Source: Hydrolagus colliei (taxonomy: Eukaryota). From it: 64,000 nucleotides of DNA. Location of the stretch: assembly GCA_035084275.1 (NCBI GenBank), contig CM068743.1, positions 117,304,001 through 117,368,000 of the forward strand. Reading direction: 5' to 3'. The notes under the pieces were generated by a model that saw nothing but the letters and a program-made list of their open reading frames with translations, searched no databases and was not told the DNA's origin. Positions 36,593 to 49,678 of this stretch are shown piece by piece. A program made the translations under genes and the position numbers. Each line of letters begins with the position of its first letter. Position 1 is the first letter of the stretch.

Positions 36593-37230
36593 CTGTTTTA
36601 ATATTAAAACAGTCCATGAAACAAAGGACTGCCCTTGAAAATAAAAATTATTTGCATTTACAAAATCTACACATTATCAATCACTAATAATTTAATAATA
36701 TATCGTAATTTTCTAATACCAAGGTCATTACTTGCAGAGATCTTGACTATGACTGAATAACAATCAGAAAAAGATTACATTCTCTTCCATCCTTAAAATA
36801 CACTTTTCAGATTTGTAATTGGCTACAGGGTTTCTCACACCGTGAAAATGAAGAACCTTAAAATGTATGCTGTTTTCCCCGGTACTTTTCTCTTCCAATC
36901 TTCTAACCAGCACCACCAACAAAAATAACAACAATTTGCATTTAAATTGCTCCTTCAGGGGTGGAAGCGGCTCGGAGAGGCAGACTGGATTTTGACTCCT
37001 CCCATCCAGCACCTCCCTGGTCACCCTCTGGTACCTCATTCAACGCTGATGTTTCTATGTGTGATCCTTCACAGTCAGTCAATGCTCAATTTAGCTGCCA
37101 ATTTTATCTTGCCCAATATGCACAGGTACACACCATCCAGTAGGTGATCTTTGGATAGCAAACCAGAGCAGGGATCTTGGCTGATTTTTTTCCTCATTAA
37201 AACCAGGGCATTGTAATCAATTGTAGCATC

Positions 37231-38166
37231 TGGAAAAATCATTATTAAAATTATTGTTTGATACCCCAAAGTGTATGTAACAACTGGGATAATCTTCATT
37301 GATCTTAAGGAATGCAAGAAAGATAGTTTGAACCAAATAGAGTGACGTCTGTGTTTGTGTGTTCTGTGATTGTGTTGATGAATACTCGATGAATAGGTGT
37401 TATTCCTTTCGTTATTTATAAGGATGGTGTCTAACAGCCTACCTCAACTAAATAAAATGGACATTGCATTCGTACAAGAAACTCTACATTCAACGAAGAA
37501 GACCCAAATGTCAACATGATAAAAAATGCATGGCTTTGAATTAACCTGACACTGTCCTGATTAATTGGAACTCTTGGTGCCTTCCAGTCTGCTTGGATGA
37601 GATCTTCAAAGAATTTTATGATATGAAGGTGTCAAGGAAGGACAATTAACTGTCAAATCGTACTCTTCACATTTGGTATCAGAGGAACTCCAAATTCCTG
37701 ACATTAAAACCCTGATAAGCCTTGGGGCTGCCACGTGTGTGGAAAGATGATTAGATGGATCAGTTCAGGAATATGAGTGAACAATCAAACTGTGAACTTT
37801 GATTGAATGGCCTCTGGCTACACCTTATTTCATCATCCAAACTTAGAGGTACAAAAGAACAAAACAAATGTTAAGAGGTTGGACGCCATTGGGACACTGT
37901 TGAGATAGTATACATTGGACACTGTGAGATACTGTATCCCATGGTCCATGTGGGTTCGTGGCTGAAGAATTAGCCAAAGGATTATTGGTGTGTTGGCGTC
38001 CCCAGAGAAGGTCGAGATCAGCCTGCCCTGAATCATCTTCTGCAGGTGTAAGCATGAAACTTGTAACTGTTTAAGAACCATATTCTTAATAATAAATTAA
38101 CCCTTTGATTTATCCATTGCCTCTGTACTATCTTACCTCAGGGTCATTCCATGTAGAAACCCTACA
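37231..38166 (+). mobile_element. Probable old solo LTR inserted in a family-B SINE
   Basis: Starts TG, ends CA (..AAACCCTACA); flanks CATC / TATC; AATAAA at 38091-38096 about 70 bp from the end; the SINE sequence stops at 37230 and resumes at 38167. Confidence 0.5.
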
Positions 38167-38955
38167 TATCCTAACCACAGTCCCAGGTAAGATTAGCTAA
38201 CTCAGTTTAGAACAGGATTTGAACGCATGACTTTCTAGTGTAAGGTCTTGGACAGTGCATTTTACCCTCTGTTCCATGGGGGGAGCTGAACCTAAGTCCC
38301 TTTATGCTGCTGATTTGATTGTTGTGTATGCGCTAACATGTGGAATGCATATGGAACATTTCACCACAAGCCTCCTTGGAAAGTCCCTTATCAATAAGTT
38401 TAACCAAAGAAAGCACATTGACAGCTGTTTTCATCAACCAATTTATTAGTGATATATAAAACAGCTGCTGTTAGATTTCCCTTCAACAACTAATTGTGCA
38501 CAGAGTACTTAGGAATTCTTACAGGATTTGGTCAATATGCTGTCTGTAAATTAATCACAATTTCATGCATTGTGGCCAAATCGAAGTATCATTCATTTCT
38601 ACCTGTACATTTTACAGTGGTGTTCTGTGGTTCCTTGGATTATTCACAGAATCTAACTAAGAGCAATGTTTATTCAAAGTATTTCTGTCAGTCAAACATA
38701 CCGCAGAAGTACTTCAGCTAGCAATGACAGCTAGAAATATGATTCTATGTATCTGATTGATATCTCACCTCCATTTTAACACACTATATTCAGTTCTAGG
38801 TAGCTTACTGCAATCCATATCAATACAGTTCACTGCAGGTTTTCCTCTCCTTCACCTACTTTGCAAACTTCCAATTCCTTGAATGAACAGAACAAGAAAG
38901 CCTACGATGGAAGAGCCTTCCACCCAAATAAAATGATAGAAAGTTTACACTAGAT

Positions 38956-39243
38956 CAGTGGTTCCCAACTCTTTTTGCTGCCACCTTAAATTGGCCACCA
39001 ACAGGACCTCCCGACCAGTAGGGGGCAACTGCGTGACTGAAGCAAAGCTCAGCCAAGACGATACCTCCATCTCTTTTGTGGACTCAGCTCAACTCCCTAG
39101 TACGGTCTTTCATACAAATTGGTCGGCGGTGTCACCTTGGGCACTTTTCAGCATTAAAAAATAAAAAATAATAATTCTGATGACCCTTCGCGACCCTACT
39201 GAGGACCCTGATTTGGGTCGGGACCCAAAGTTGGGAACCACTG
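38956..39243. mobile_element. hAT-Charlie-type MITE, 288 bp
   Basis: 15-bp perfect TIR CAGTGGTTCCCAACT / AGTTGGGAACCACTG; 8-bp TSD CACTAGAT / CACAAGAT. Confidence 0.9.
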
Positions 39244-40019
39244 CACAAGATACTGCCTGTGCTGGATCACAAGAAGAATGTGCTTCGAAAATGTAACTTT
39301 CCTCCATCCTGCTTGATGCATGTGGCTTTGTGTAAAAACAAATGGAGGAAGTCCACTGTCTTAGCACTTCTGCTCCCCAGATAAACATAGTGCCCATCGC
39401 ACCCAGCTCATTTCCTAACACAAATTATTTTTACAACATTTTTCTACCACAAAAGCAATTTAAAAAAAAGCCAAGTTATTAATGTGCCTTTATTTTTGTA
39501 TATGTGCATGTTGATAATCATCTGGAGTACCTGGACTATGTGCATTGAAATCTACTGTGATAAATAATTTAGAATCATAGAATCTTACAGCACAAAAGGA
39601 GGTCATTTGGCCCATCGAGTCTGTGCCGGCTCTTTAAAAGGAGCAATTCAATCCCACTCCCCAGCTCTCTCCCCATAACCTTGCAAACCTGTCCTCCCCA
39701 AATAAACATCTACCTCTCTTTTAAAACTTATAAATAGATGGAATATTATTGCAATTCCTACATCGTTAGGGTTGTAAAAATCTATGCAAATGCACTATTT
39801 TCTTTTTAAAGTGTAAAAGCTATACCTGTTTGGTCCAAATTAAATTGAGAAGAACTGTAGCAAACCAATTATCCCAAATATTGCAATCTGGTAGATGAGA
39901 AAGGATGGCTCAGAGGGTAAAGGATTAAGTCTAGTTTCAACCCAGTTTTGAAAAAGTATTGTAGTCAATTAATGCCACGTTCTTTTGAAGCTGCTAACAG
40001 AAATTATTTTTTCTTCATC

Positions 40020-40300
40020 AGCAGGAATAGCAAAGCAGACCTGTCACTGAGGACAGGGACTCTCCCATTTAGCTCCTGTTAACCCTGCATGCCAAAGCCA
40101 TACTAGGTAGGGTTGTCCTAGTTGGACAAGCAGCACAAAAGCTTGCCAGACTGTATTTTCAATGGCAAGCTTTGTTGTTTTAGCTGGTTAGACTCCAGCA
40201 GTACCCCAACTCTCACTCTGAAGTCCCCCAAGCCTCTCCATATTTAGGCAAGCAGCATGCGTCCATCCAGAAAGTGAGTGCTCATTTCCTTCCAATAAAT
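40020..40300 (+). repeat. Old dispersed repeat (family A) copy
   Basis: AGCTCCTGTTAACCCT...GTCCTAG.TGGACAAGCAG shared with 20431-20590. Confidence 0.7.
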
Positions 40301-41229
40301 ATGTCTGGAATTTTCAAATACAGTACACAGCAATAGCAAACTTACATTTGTATAGTCGAGGGACGTTGCAAGGCACTAAACAGTCAGTGTTTTGGAACCA
40401 AGCTGGGGTTGGGATCAGGGAGAGTGAAGGGAAGGAATGGGGGGCTGACATGTCGATGAGGAGGGTCCTGAGATGGGACTTGAAGGAGGCTAGGGAGGGG
40501 CAAGACAGAGGCACTGCGGGATGGATATAGGTGGGATGCATGAAATTCTCTGTTTGATCTGGATACTCTTATCCAGTGATGATTGGTTATGATTTTTGCA
40601 TGTGTCAGACATCAAGCAGACCCCCAAAAAATGAGGAACTTTTACTTGCATGAATATGGATGAAACAGGACTGCTCTGATGGCCCAGTTAGTATCAAAAA
40701 GTTCAAAGATTGCAAAAGTTCACAAGTTTGCTTTCTAGTCCGAGCAGAGATAACTGATCTTAGCCAAGTCATCATTTGAGCTTTCACAATTTGCTTAAAT
40801 GCCTCTGAGCTGAGAAGGGTAATAACTAGCCAGTGTCTTTGCTCTAGTGATCCCTGCTGGATATTGGGTGATTATGGATATCTTTAAAGACGGTATTGGT
40901 TGTGATGTTCTTCATGACCAATTAGCTTAATACCCTCCCCTTCTCGGCTCTCCCACGAAGAATGGCATGTTCCTCTATAAAATCTCTTACTAAAGCCTGG
41001 TTCATTCAAGATAAGCTGTTCAGGTAAGGATGCAAGTGGAAACCCATCACTGTGCTTAAGAGTATTGAACAGACTGAAAGTTCCGCATATGTATGCCACT
41101 CATACATGCAGATTTTCTTGAGTCTGGAATGGAATGCATACTCTCTCCCTGAAGAGACGCACTGACTAATCTGATTCCAGAGGGTATTATACCCAGGTTA
41201 GCGAGATCTAAGTCTTAGGGACTCTAGGG

Positions 41230-41560
41230 TTTACATTAGGGTACTGTTGGAGTTAACAGCTACAATAGTATAATTTGTCATTGGCACTGTACTTCCTGCA
41301 TCTGGTCCAGTTAGGACTGTTCTACTGTTAGGGCTTTGACTTGCAGGGTTAGCAGGAACTGAATGGGAAGAATCCCTGTCCCTAATCTGTCTGTCCAAGA
41401 CTTGCTGTTGAGCCAGACAGGTCACCAGCAGTGCTCTGGACCTCTCTGACTCACCTGGCTCAGGAACCAGATTACCAAGACCACCACAGACGGTTGCTTT
41501 GATTCCGACATACTGTTGCCAAACATGGCATGTTGGAACCAGTTCAGCTACAAAAAGACA
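41230..41560 (-). repeat. Old dispersed repeat (family A) copy
   Basis: Reverse complement aligns with 20240-20570. Confidence 0.65.
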
Positions 41561-42927
41561 TTGGTTGTGTTTAGAAAATGTATAGTGACTACATTTTCCA
41601 TAAGCTTGATGAAGTGTTTTGAGATATTCTCAATTTCATATTAAATGCCAGGATTGATATTATTTTGTGCATGTACTGAGTTTCTGATGTCAACCAAGCT
41701 CAATGGATTCTGATGTTAGCTGAACTCTCTTAAATTTGGAACTCAAACACAGCAGTTCCCTAGAGAGAGAGGTGCACATGTGTGGTGTTGGAAAGTGGGT
41801 GGGAGGCGGGGTGAGAAATCAGCAGGTAGGTTAACACACACCAAAGTCATCCATCTCTGAGCAACCATTTACAAAGCGCAGAAGGAGGTTACAGTTTTTC
41901 TATCCTTGTGGAATCGTGCATAGGATACCTGCATGGAATGAGGAGAAACTAGGAAACAAGAGAGGATAAGACATCCAATCAACACAATATGGTCAAGGCT
42001 GCCGCATGTACCCAGCAAAGAATAGTATATTTCTATGTAAAAATCCAACTAATACTACCTCAATGGAAGCTGTTTTATGCACAACACACACACACACACA
42101 CACAGCCTCCAGAAAATGTGTCAGGTGCTGCTACTTACACGACTGAGAGCTTGTCATTGTACAGCTCTGGCCTCAAACAGTGCAATTTGCATGCTATTCC
42201 ATTCCACTATTAAAACTGCTTCATTTTCATATGGATCATTAGTACTCTCTATTAGAACGCACTGCTTCTATTAACAGACTGGTTTTAATTTATAAATTTA
42301 TTTAAGCAATGCAGATGCCACCAACATTAGATTGCCAAACAGGGACAAACAATGTTTTTCAAAGTGTTTCCATTATTTTAGAATTCTGCTTATTTCCGTA
42401 CCTTTAAGCCTATTTATGGACATTAAGGGATTTGCATGCAATTTCACTTCACTGTAGCACCAGGCAATTGGGCAGTAATTTAACTCTAATATCCTCAGAT
42501 GCAGTTATTTACAAAATTTGGTACAAATTTCATTTTTATTAACAACCTCCTACCCTGAAAAAAATACAAAGGAAGTTTTAACTTATATTTGCAAAGATGA
42601 GTCACAGGGTGCTCTACAAATGGCCTTGGTGCATTGGAACCTGTTTCATTGAAAATGGATACCTGAGTGCAATGCATTTAAACCTCTTCATTTATTTTAT
42701 GCTTTTTAATTAGACTAGAGCCTGATTCCTCCAACATCTCAGTAAGTTTTTCCTCGGAGTCTTTGTGTGCCTGTAGCGGCTAGGAAGATCTCAGCTTTGA
42801 TGCTGTTCTGCCCTGATCTCTTCTGGGATGTCACTCGGGACTCTGCAATGGGGCCCAATCCAGGGAGGAAATATTTGGCATCCGGGCCCTAAGATCTCAA
42901 CACTTGACATTACTATGAATCTTCATG

Positions 42928-43360
42928 GAGTCCTGTAGCTCAGTGGTTAGAGCACCCACCTCACAATAATAATAGTAATACAGTAATAATAATCCTTGCA
43001 TTTGATTTATCGCTTTTCACATCTTATCTACATCTCAAAGTGCTTCACAGAAAATACTGTAAAGTGAATTGACTGTATATTTGTGTGCTACAAGCATAAA
43101 ACCTGTGTTCAAATCCAGGTAAGGCAAAACCTTGGGCAAGTTTCCTTAATCTACACGACTAATAATAATCCCTCCAAAAAAAGTATAATAAATTGGTCAT
43201 TTCAATCCATGACTGTTTGTGGGACACCACTATGTGCAATTGGCTGCAGCGTTTCACCCACAAATATAAAGACAAAGCTGTGAAGCGCTTTGAGATGTCT
43301 AGAAGATGTGAAAAGCACTATACTAATTGCAAGGATTATTATTATTAGATTATTATTATT
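42928..43360 (+). mobile_element. tRNA-headed SINE with an inverted SINE 3' fragment (~42968-43090) inserted in its head
   Basis: GGAGTCCTGTAGCTCAGTGGTTAGAGCACCCACCTCACAA, then a reverse (TAA)n-tailed fragment, then ACAAGC..GTTCAAATCC and the rest of the SINE. Confidence 0.8.
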
Positions 43361-46300
43361 ACAGAGAATGGAAGATCACAACAACTAAAAATAAGATTCT
43401 GGTTCAATTCAGCTCGTATGTTGCCTTCAGTTCTTCAGATGCACCAAATGTGAGAGTGTGGCCAAAAATGTTTCAAAGCTTGTAGGAACCAAACCAGCAT
43501 GCCAAAGTCTTTAGGGTTGAAAGTTATAGATAATACTTTCACTGATATACTATTCTTTCATAACTAATCTCTATGAAATTGGCATATGTTCTGAAATGTC
43601 ACACATTTCACCCCTACATATCTGATAGTGGGGTTTTGGGAGTAGGTCAATTCATGCTAGCGCAGTGTAAACACAGCCGGTATGAATCGGACTTGGCTTA
43701 TTCCTTCCCATATGGTTAGAACTCTCTGAGATGTCAATTGGACTCCCAGAGAACTTTTACCAGATTGTCGTTTGTTAATTTTATTAAAGAGCTGATTGTG
43801 TCACCAATTTGTCATTAACATTAAATACTAACACATGATTTTGGAGTTCTGCATGTGCACCAAAAATCAAATGTTAGCTGTTTATTCAGCCCCAATTAAT
43901 GTGATGTGAAGCAGGAAGGATACATCAGGCTTCCTGATTTGCTTCTCTATAGTGCTGAGAGCAGAGCAGCTTCACTTCCTGCATTACAAACACTTCATTT
44001 CAAAATATGCATTCCTTTGACCCAATCTCTCCTTAATATCCCCAGGATTACTGTTTCGGTCACAGGAGTCCAAACTGCATATCAATACTGTTTCATAGAT
44101 ATTACAAGACTGCAGTAAATTGTTCATTTATTTTAAAGCACTGTTGATTTACACTCCTAAATATGGCTCATGAGATTGATAATTTTCAAGTTATGCCATG
44201 GGATCTAAAATGTCCACCATGTCATCCAAAAGGTGGCATTTCCAACTATGCAATGCTCTTCTTACATCACTACGTAAAAGTGTCATCTTAAGCTCAAAAC
44301 CCCAATGAAGGGCTAGAACCCACAATCTTCTGTCTCAGAGTCCAGAATGCTGTACCTGGCAACAAACATATGGTGATACACTGAATCATGCTGCAAATAA
44401 CATATAGCACAGAATTGCACAACCCACCACACCTACTATTGGAAATTAAATTTTTTGTTGTTATTATTGTTGGAACAAATTCACTATTGTACCAGGATCA
44501 CACAAGTGGTTCAAAAAATATACTTTATTTTGTCCTCTTCAGCTCACCTTACCATCTTCCCAATATAGTATTTAACTGTTTCTTAAATGAGTCTAGCCTC
44601 CATTTTTCATTTTTAGTGATCATTTTTGACTTACCTCTAGAAGATCCCCCTCTGAGATGATTCTTTCCAAGGTGAGGAACCCTAGTTGATTTCATCATTA
44701 CTCACACTTTGTTCCTTCAAACCTCAGGCTCATTGCTGTCCTCTGCACTGTCAATAGGGCCTCTTATGTCATGGTGACCAGAACTATATACTGTAGCTTG
44801 ATGAGTATGAGTTCTGGGGATTTGGAAAAATTGCAAGGAATTTTGGTTGGATACTTTGAAATATGCTCCTTTGTACAACAACAACAACAACATCAATAAC
44901 AACAAAAACAACGCATTTATATAGTGACCTTCATACGAGTAGCATCCTGGAGCACTTTGTATCTGCCTACGCCTATGTGAAAAACAACTTCAATGGCAAA
45001 TACTCTTCCATTGGAACTCTCAGTCTGATTTTGATTCTCTGAAGCATAATGATGGTTTTCCACAAATATTAGACTCGGGGCGGGGCAATTGGCAAAAGTA
45101 GCTGGTAAACTACATCAGAAAAGTCAGACAATCTACAGTAAGACAAATGACTAATTCATCTGTTTTTGTGTAAATTTAAATATGAATTATTAGTTAGAAC
45201 ACCGGGAGAATATTACTTCCTGCTTTTTTTCAAAGTAGTGTCATGGGATCCAGCAGACAAAACTTTGGTTTAATGTCAGATTAAAGGAGAGGATCTCTTA
45301 ACAATGCAGCACTTACTCATTACATCAACTGCCAGCTCTTCCACACTCAGAGGTGGCAGTCCTACCAACTGACCCATAACTCATATAACAAGAAACTTCA
45401 ACTTCAAAACCCCTACAGTTAGTTCAGAATAGAGAGTACAAAATCTTACCACAGTCAAAGGGCCTGCTATTTCAAACATAATTATTGATTTTCTTGCATA
45501 TTTGTAAATATATTTTAGTATTTCATCTTTAATCTTAGAAAGTTTCCAATCTCTTTGTATCTCCATACATGTTTGTAAGTCCCTAGTTTACTGTCTAACC
45601 AAGATTTACAAAAAATTTTAATCCATCATAATTTTGTGAAAAGAAAAGTGAAGAGTGCAGTTTAATTATACTGATAACTGCGAATGCAAGCAGTTGTCTG
45701 AGATTTCAGCACCTCAGAATCAGCTTTAGCACTTAGCTTCATCATGTGTAAAACTCAGCATATTAGAATTTATCAAAATGGCACAACAGTCTTATCTTAT
45801 CTCAGATACTAAGGAGAAACTTCACAATTCATATTTCTTCAAAAGGAAAGTAAGGCAGTTCTGCTACAAGCAGTTGGTAGCACTCTCATCTCTGAGTCAG
45901 AAATGTGTGGGTTCAGGCTTTATTTGAACTCATCTTCCACGCTGACACTTCAACAACAAAATTATCAGTATAGCGCCTTTCACGTCGGGAGGACTTCATT
46001 GCAAGAATGGGACAATATTGCATTGTGGAAGGTGTTGTCCTTCGGATGAAATGTTAAATTATGTAAAATGTTTGCCTTTCAAGTGGACACTAAAGTGCTT
46101 GTGATGCTGATTGTTTTGTTTTAGGTTTTTGATTGGCAGATATAGGGCTTCTTTCACCCAGAAAATACACAGGCTCAATGAAATGTTAGAGTGCTATATC
46201 AAATGGAAGGATTATTATTATAATTATTATTATCACTATTTGAAAAGAGAAGTGGATTTCTCTGGTGTCCTGGTAAATAATTTTCCAGATAAATCAATCA

Positions 46301-46384
46301 CTTGGCGACTGTTTGTGAGCTTTTGCTGGGGCCAAATTCAGTGTCATGTCTGCTTCTAAATATAGTCACTACATGTGACAGCAA

Positions 46385-46750
46385 TGATAATAATAATAAT
46401 AATAATAAAAGCAATAATCATTACATTTGATATAGCACCTTATCATGTCTTTGAGGCATTTCAAAGCACTTTAGAGAAATATATTGTAAAGCGAATTTAC
46501 TAGTATTTTGTGGGCAAAACACCATAGCTAATTGTGCATATCAGTTTCTGACAAACAGTCATGGATTGAAGTGACCAAATTGTTTTAAAGGTATTATTAT
46601 CCCTGGAAAAGCAATCCACCAATTGACTAACAACTTAGTTCCTACTTACTGACTAAATCAAGGACTAGCCCAACATTTCGCCCTGCCAAAAATCAAACCC
46701 AGGTTTCTTGCTTGCAAGGAGAGGGCTCTAACCACTGAGCTACAGGACTT
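46385..46750 (-). mobile_element. tRNA-headed Deu-domain SINE, full length
   Basis: (TAA)n tail on the left, head CTCTAACCACTGAGCTACAGGAC on the right. Confidence 0.85.
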
Positions 46751-47299
46751 CACAGAATTGATCTGTGAAACTGTTTGAAATAGTTTGATGTAATATATGC
46801 TATATAAATACATTTATTATTTTTCCAAATAGTTTTAAATGCATCAAATTTTTTTAAATATATATATTTATCAACCTGTGTGTATTTAATATATCAATAT
46901 TTGTATTTCTAAACCACAATTGTTTGAATCATGAAGAAAAACAGCCCTGTTCTCTCAATCTTTAGAAACTGATTTTTAGCACTGACTTCAAGTGCATTGC
47001 ATTCAGTAATGTGCTACATGCATTCAGTCTGTGAAGTGAACCTATTTTGAACCAAAGGAATACAGTACTCAGAAATGACATAACATCCTCAATTTAAATG
47101 CACTAACACATTCATTGCACTGTAAGTGCTAAAAACAGTCACGCAGGCCAGGTGACAATCACTGTGCTTCCACCAGGGCTCATTCGTCACACAGGGTGTC
47201 CATCCTGCTTTGGAAGCACAGGCCTTCCAGGTTCATTTACCTATTCAGTGGGATGACTGAAAGAGAATTTGCTATTCGGTTAAATGTGTGAATATACAA

Positions 47300-47800
47300 A
47301 GCTTTCAGTATCAGCCTGGAGCGCAGAAAACTCGCCTTTTTGGAAGCTGATAATGTGATAATTAAATTGCTAACAGATACCTTGTTGATGGCATTTGCTG
47401 AAGATTTGAAAACCCTTTTACAATTATACCTTCCTGCAGGGGAATCATCACTGGAAGCACAATGATCAGATTGGAGTTATTTTTGAAGGCATGTATTAAA
47501 ATTTTATGTGGAGTGAAATGGGACAAGACTCGTTTCCTTTCTACTGCACAATGATTTATTACTGCAAAAGACCACAGAACTAATTAGCAGAGTAATTAAT
47601 TAATATAAATTTGCATATTTGCATTCGCAATTAGTGCAGTCAACTGATTAGTCTGAAATGGGAAGTTTGACTCATCAGATGTTAGTGTCTAGTGGACTGG
47701 AAAGGTGCTGCCAGATGAGGCGGGCAAATAAACAGGGCGCATGTGCAGAAGAGGTCTTTGTTACAAAAGGCAACTCACTTAAATAATGAGCTCCTTATAC
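47300..47800. promoter_or_regulatory. Candidate conserved enhancer (motif-dense, repeat-free)
   Basis: Tandem octamers ATTTGCATATTTGCAT 47609-47624, TGATTTAT 47552, TGACTCA 47668, CAGATG 47676 and 47712, AAATAAACA 47726, many TAAT cores. Confidence 0.4.
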
Positions 47801-48982
47801 AGTCCTTTTATTATCATAAAACTTCATGAGATTTTAATAAGAACTACTGAAATATTAAACTGCACTTAAGGAAACATCGGAACAATCATATTCTCACAGT
47901 AAGCAAATCACCAGAATTTTATTTAAAGAGCATTGAAGGTTACAATGGCCATATGCATCCTCTGTAGAAGTGATTCTTTTAAGACATTCAGGTAAGATTG
48001 TTCAGCAAAGATCTTCAGAATCTGCATTGCATTTTCGATCTGAACTCGTCATCACTCCTGTTACATTCAAAGGCAATGAGCCCTTAAGTGAACCATTCTT
48101 TTCTCACTTATCAAATTCCTTGTCCCCTCAAGCCTCACCCTCGTCTCTTTACACTCAATCTGTGTTTTGTCCAACATTGCCAGTCAGATTCTGTTGTGAC
48201 TTGTGGCTTGCTTCTAAATGTTTAGAATTTCATTTAAACATATGCTTTTTTTACTGTACTCTGTAGAGCTTTATAAAACCATTCTGTATATTCTACTCAG
48301 ATCTTCCTGCAAGTCCCCTCAGCTTTGACCTCCTGATTCTCCGCAGTGCCTGAATTAACTAAGCAGTTTCCCTCTCCGTTTCACTTACTTCCGTCACACT
48401 CACTACTCCACAGTCCTTTTACTCACGTTCTTGCTTTAGGCAAAGCGACTCTGAAATCGTATTCTACCCGATTTTAAGCCTATATTTCCTGTCTACTCAA
48501 CAAAAACGTTTAATCCCCAGAGTGAGTGATGTGGTGCAAGAAATTGCTCAGTGCACTGAAGGAGCTAACATTTGTAACATGAAGAATGCCTACTAGAGTG
48601 ATGTGGAAATTGAGAAGCCAAACTTGCAATGTTTTCTAACACGATTTCTTAATAAAGAATTAAGTACAATAAAAAGTAATATCGCAAATTAGACCCAACA
48701 CCCCATTCTACATTGATCTGCAAGTTGTGAGATATTTCTTCCAGTTCAGTTGTATCAGCCTGGTGTCTGACATTAACGAAAATGCAACACAATGCTAAGG
48801 TGTATCAAAGTAGGACTGAGTTCCACATGTGTACAACAACAACTACTTGCACCTATATAGTGCCCTCCACACAGCATAGCGTTTCAACGTACTTAACAGT
48901 GGCAGAGCCTGACTCTGAGCCAGGAGGGGGAAGGGGAGGGGGAGATGACCGTAAGCAATGTCAAAAGGGAAGGTTAGATAAA

Positions 48983-49678
48983 CAGTAGAAGCCCGTTTAT
49001 CTGGCACCCGTGGGACCTGGCCAATGCCGGTTAAAGCGCCTGCCGTATATTCGGGCGGCCTGCGGCCCCAAAACATTAAAGTTCTTTTAACACACACCAT
49101 ACACACCAGACTAAGTAATAACAAATAATAACAGAATATTACATTGGCACCCACCGTCAAAACCACTCTCCTGTGCTTCTCACCCCCATTGATTGAGGTT
49201 TACAGTCCAGCGACCCTTCCCCAAATGGAGGATGCCAAGCGGGTGAAAAAGCGGCAGCGCAATTTCAAAGTCGTGTGACTTTATTAGCGGCAAGCCAAAG
49301 CCCTAGACTCAATTAGTGGTAAACCAAAATACTGCACCTGCGTGACAACGTGGGTTATCGGCTAGCGTTATCGGCTTCATTTCTTTCACCTGCTTGGCAT
49401 GCCCCGTCCCAGAAAAAAACACTGGACTGCAAACCTCAACCACAGCATCATGGCTTCAAGCGCAGCATCTATCAGCAAAGGTAAAAAGTGCAAGAGAGCA
49501 GCTCCTACAACAAGCACCAATACAAAATTCTGTCATTATGTTATTATTTATGTATTTACAAATGCTGCACTGCTATTGTTCCAGATCAGTTTGGTTTATC
49601 GAAAGGGGACTTTTTTTTGGCATGCCGGTTACACGGAACTGCCGTTGCATCAAGTCACGGATAAATGGGCTTCTACTG
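48983..49678 (+). mobile_element. Tigger/pogo-like internally deleted DNA transposon, 696 bp
   Basis: 19-bp TIR CAGTAGAAGCCCGTTTATC / GATAAATGGGCTTCTACTG (1 mismatch); CpG-rich interior with possible transposase scraps (AKRVKKRQR, QAKAL). Confidence 0.75.
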
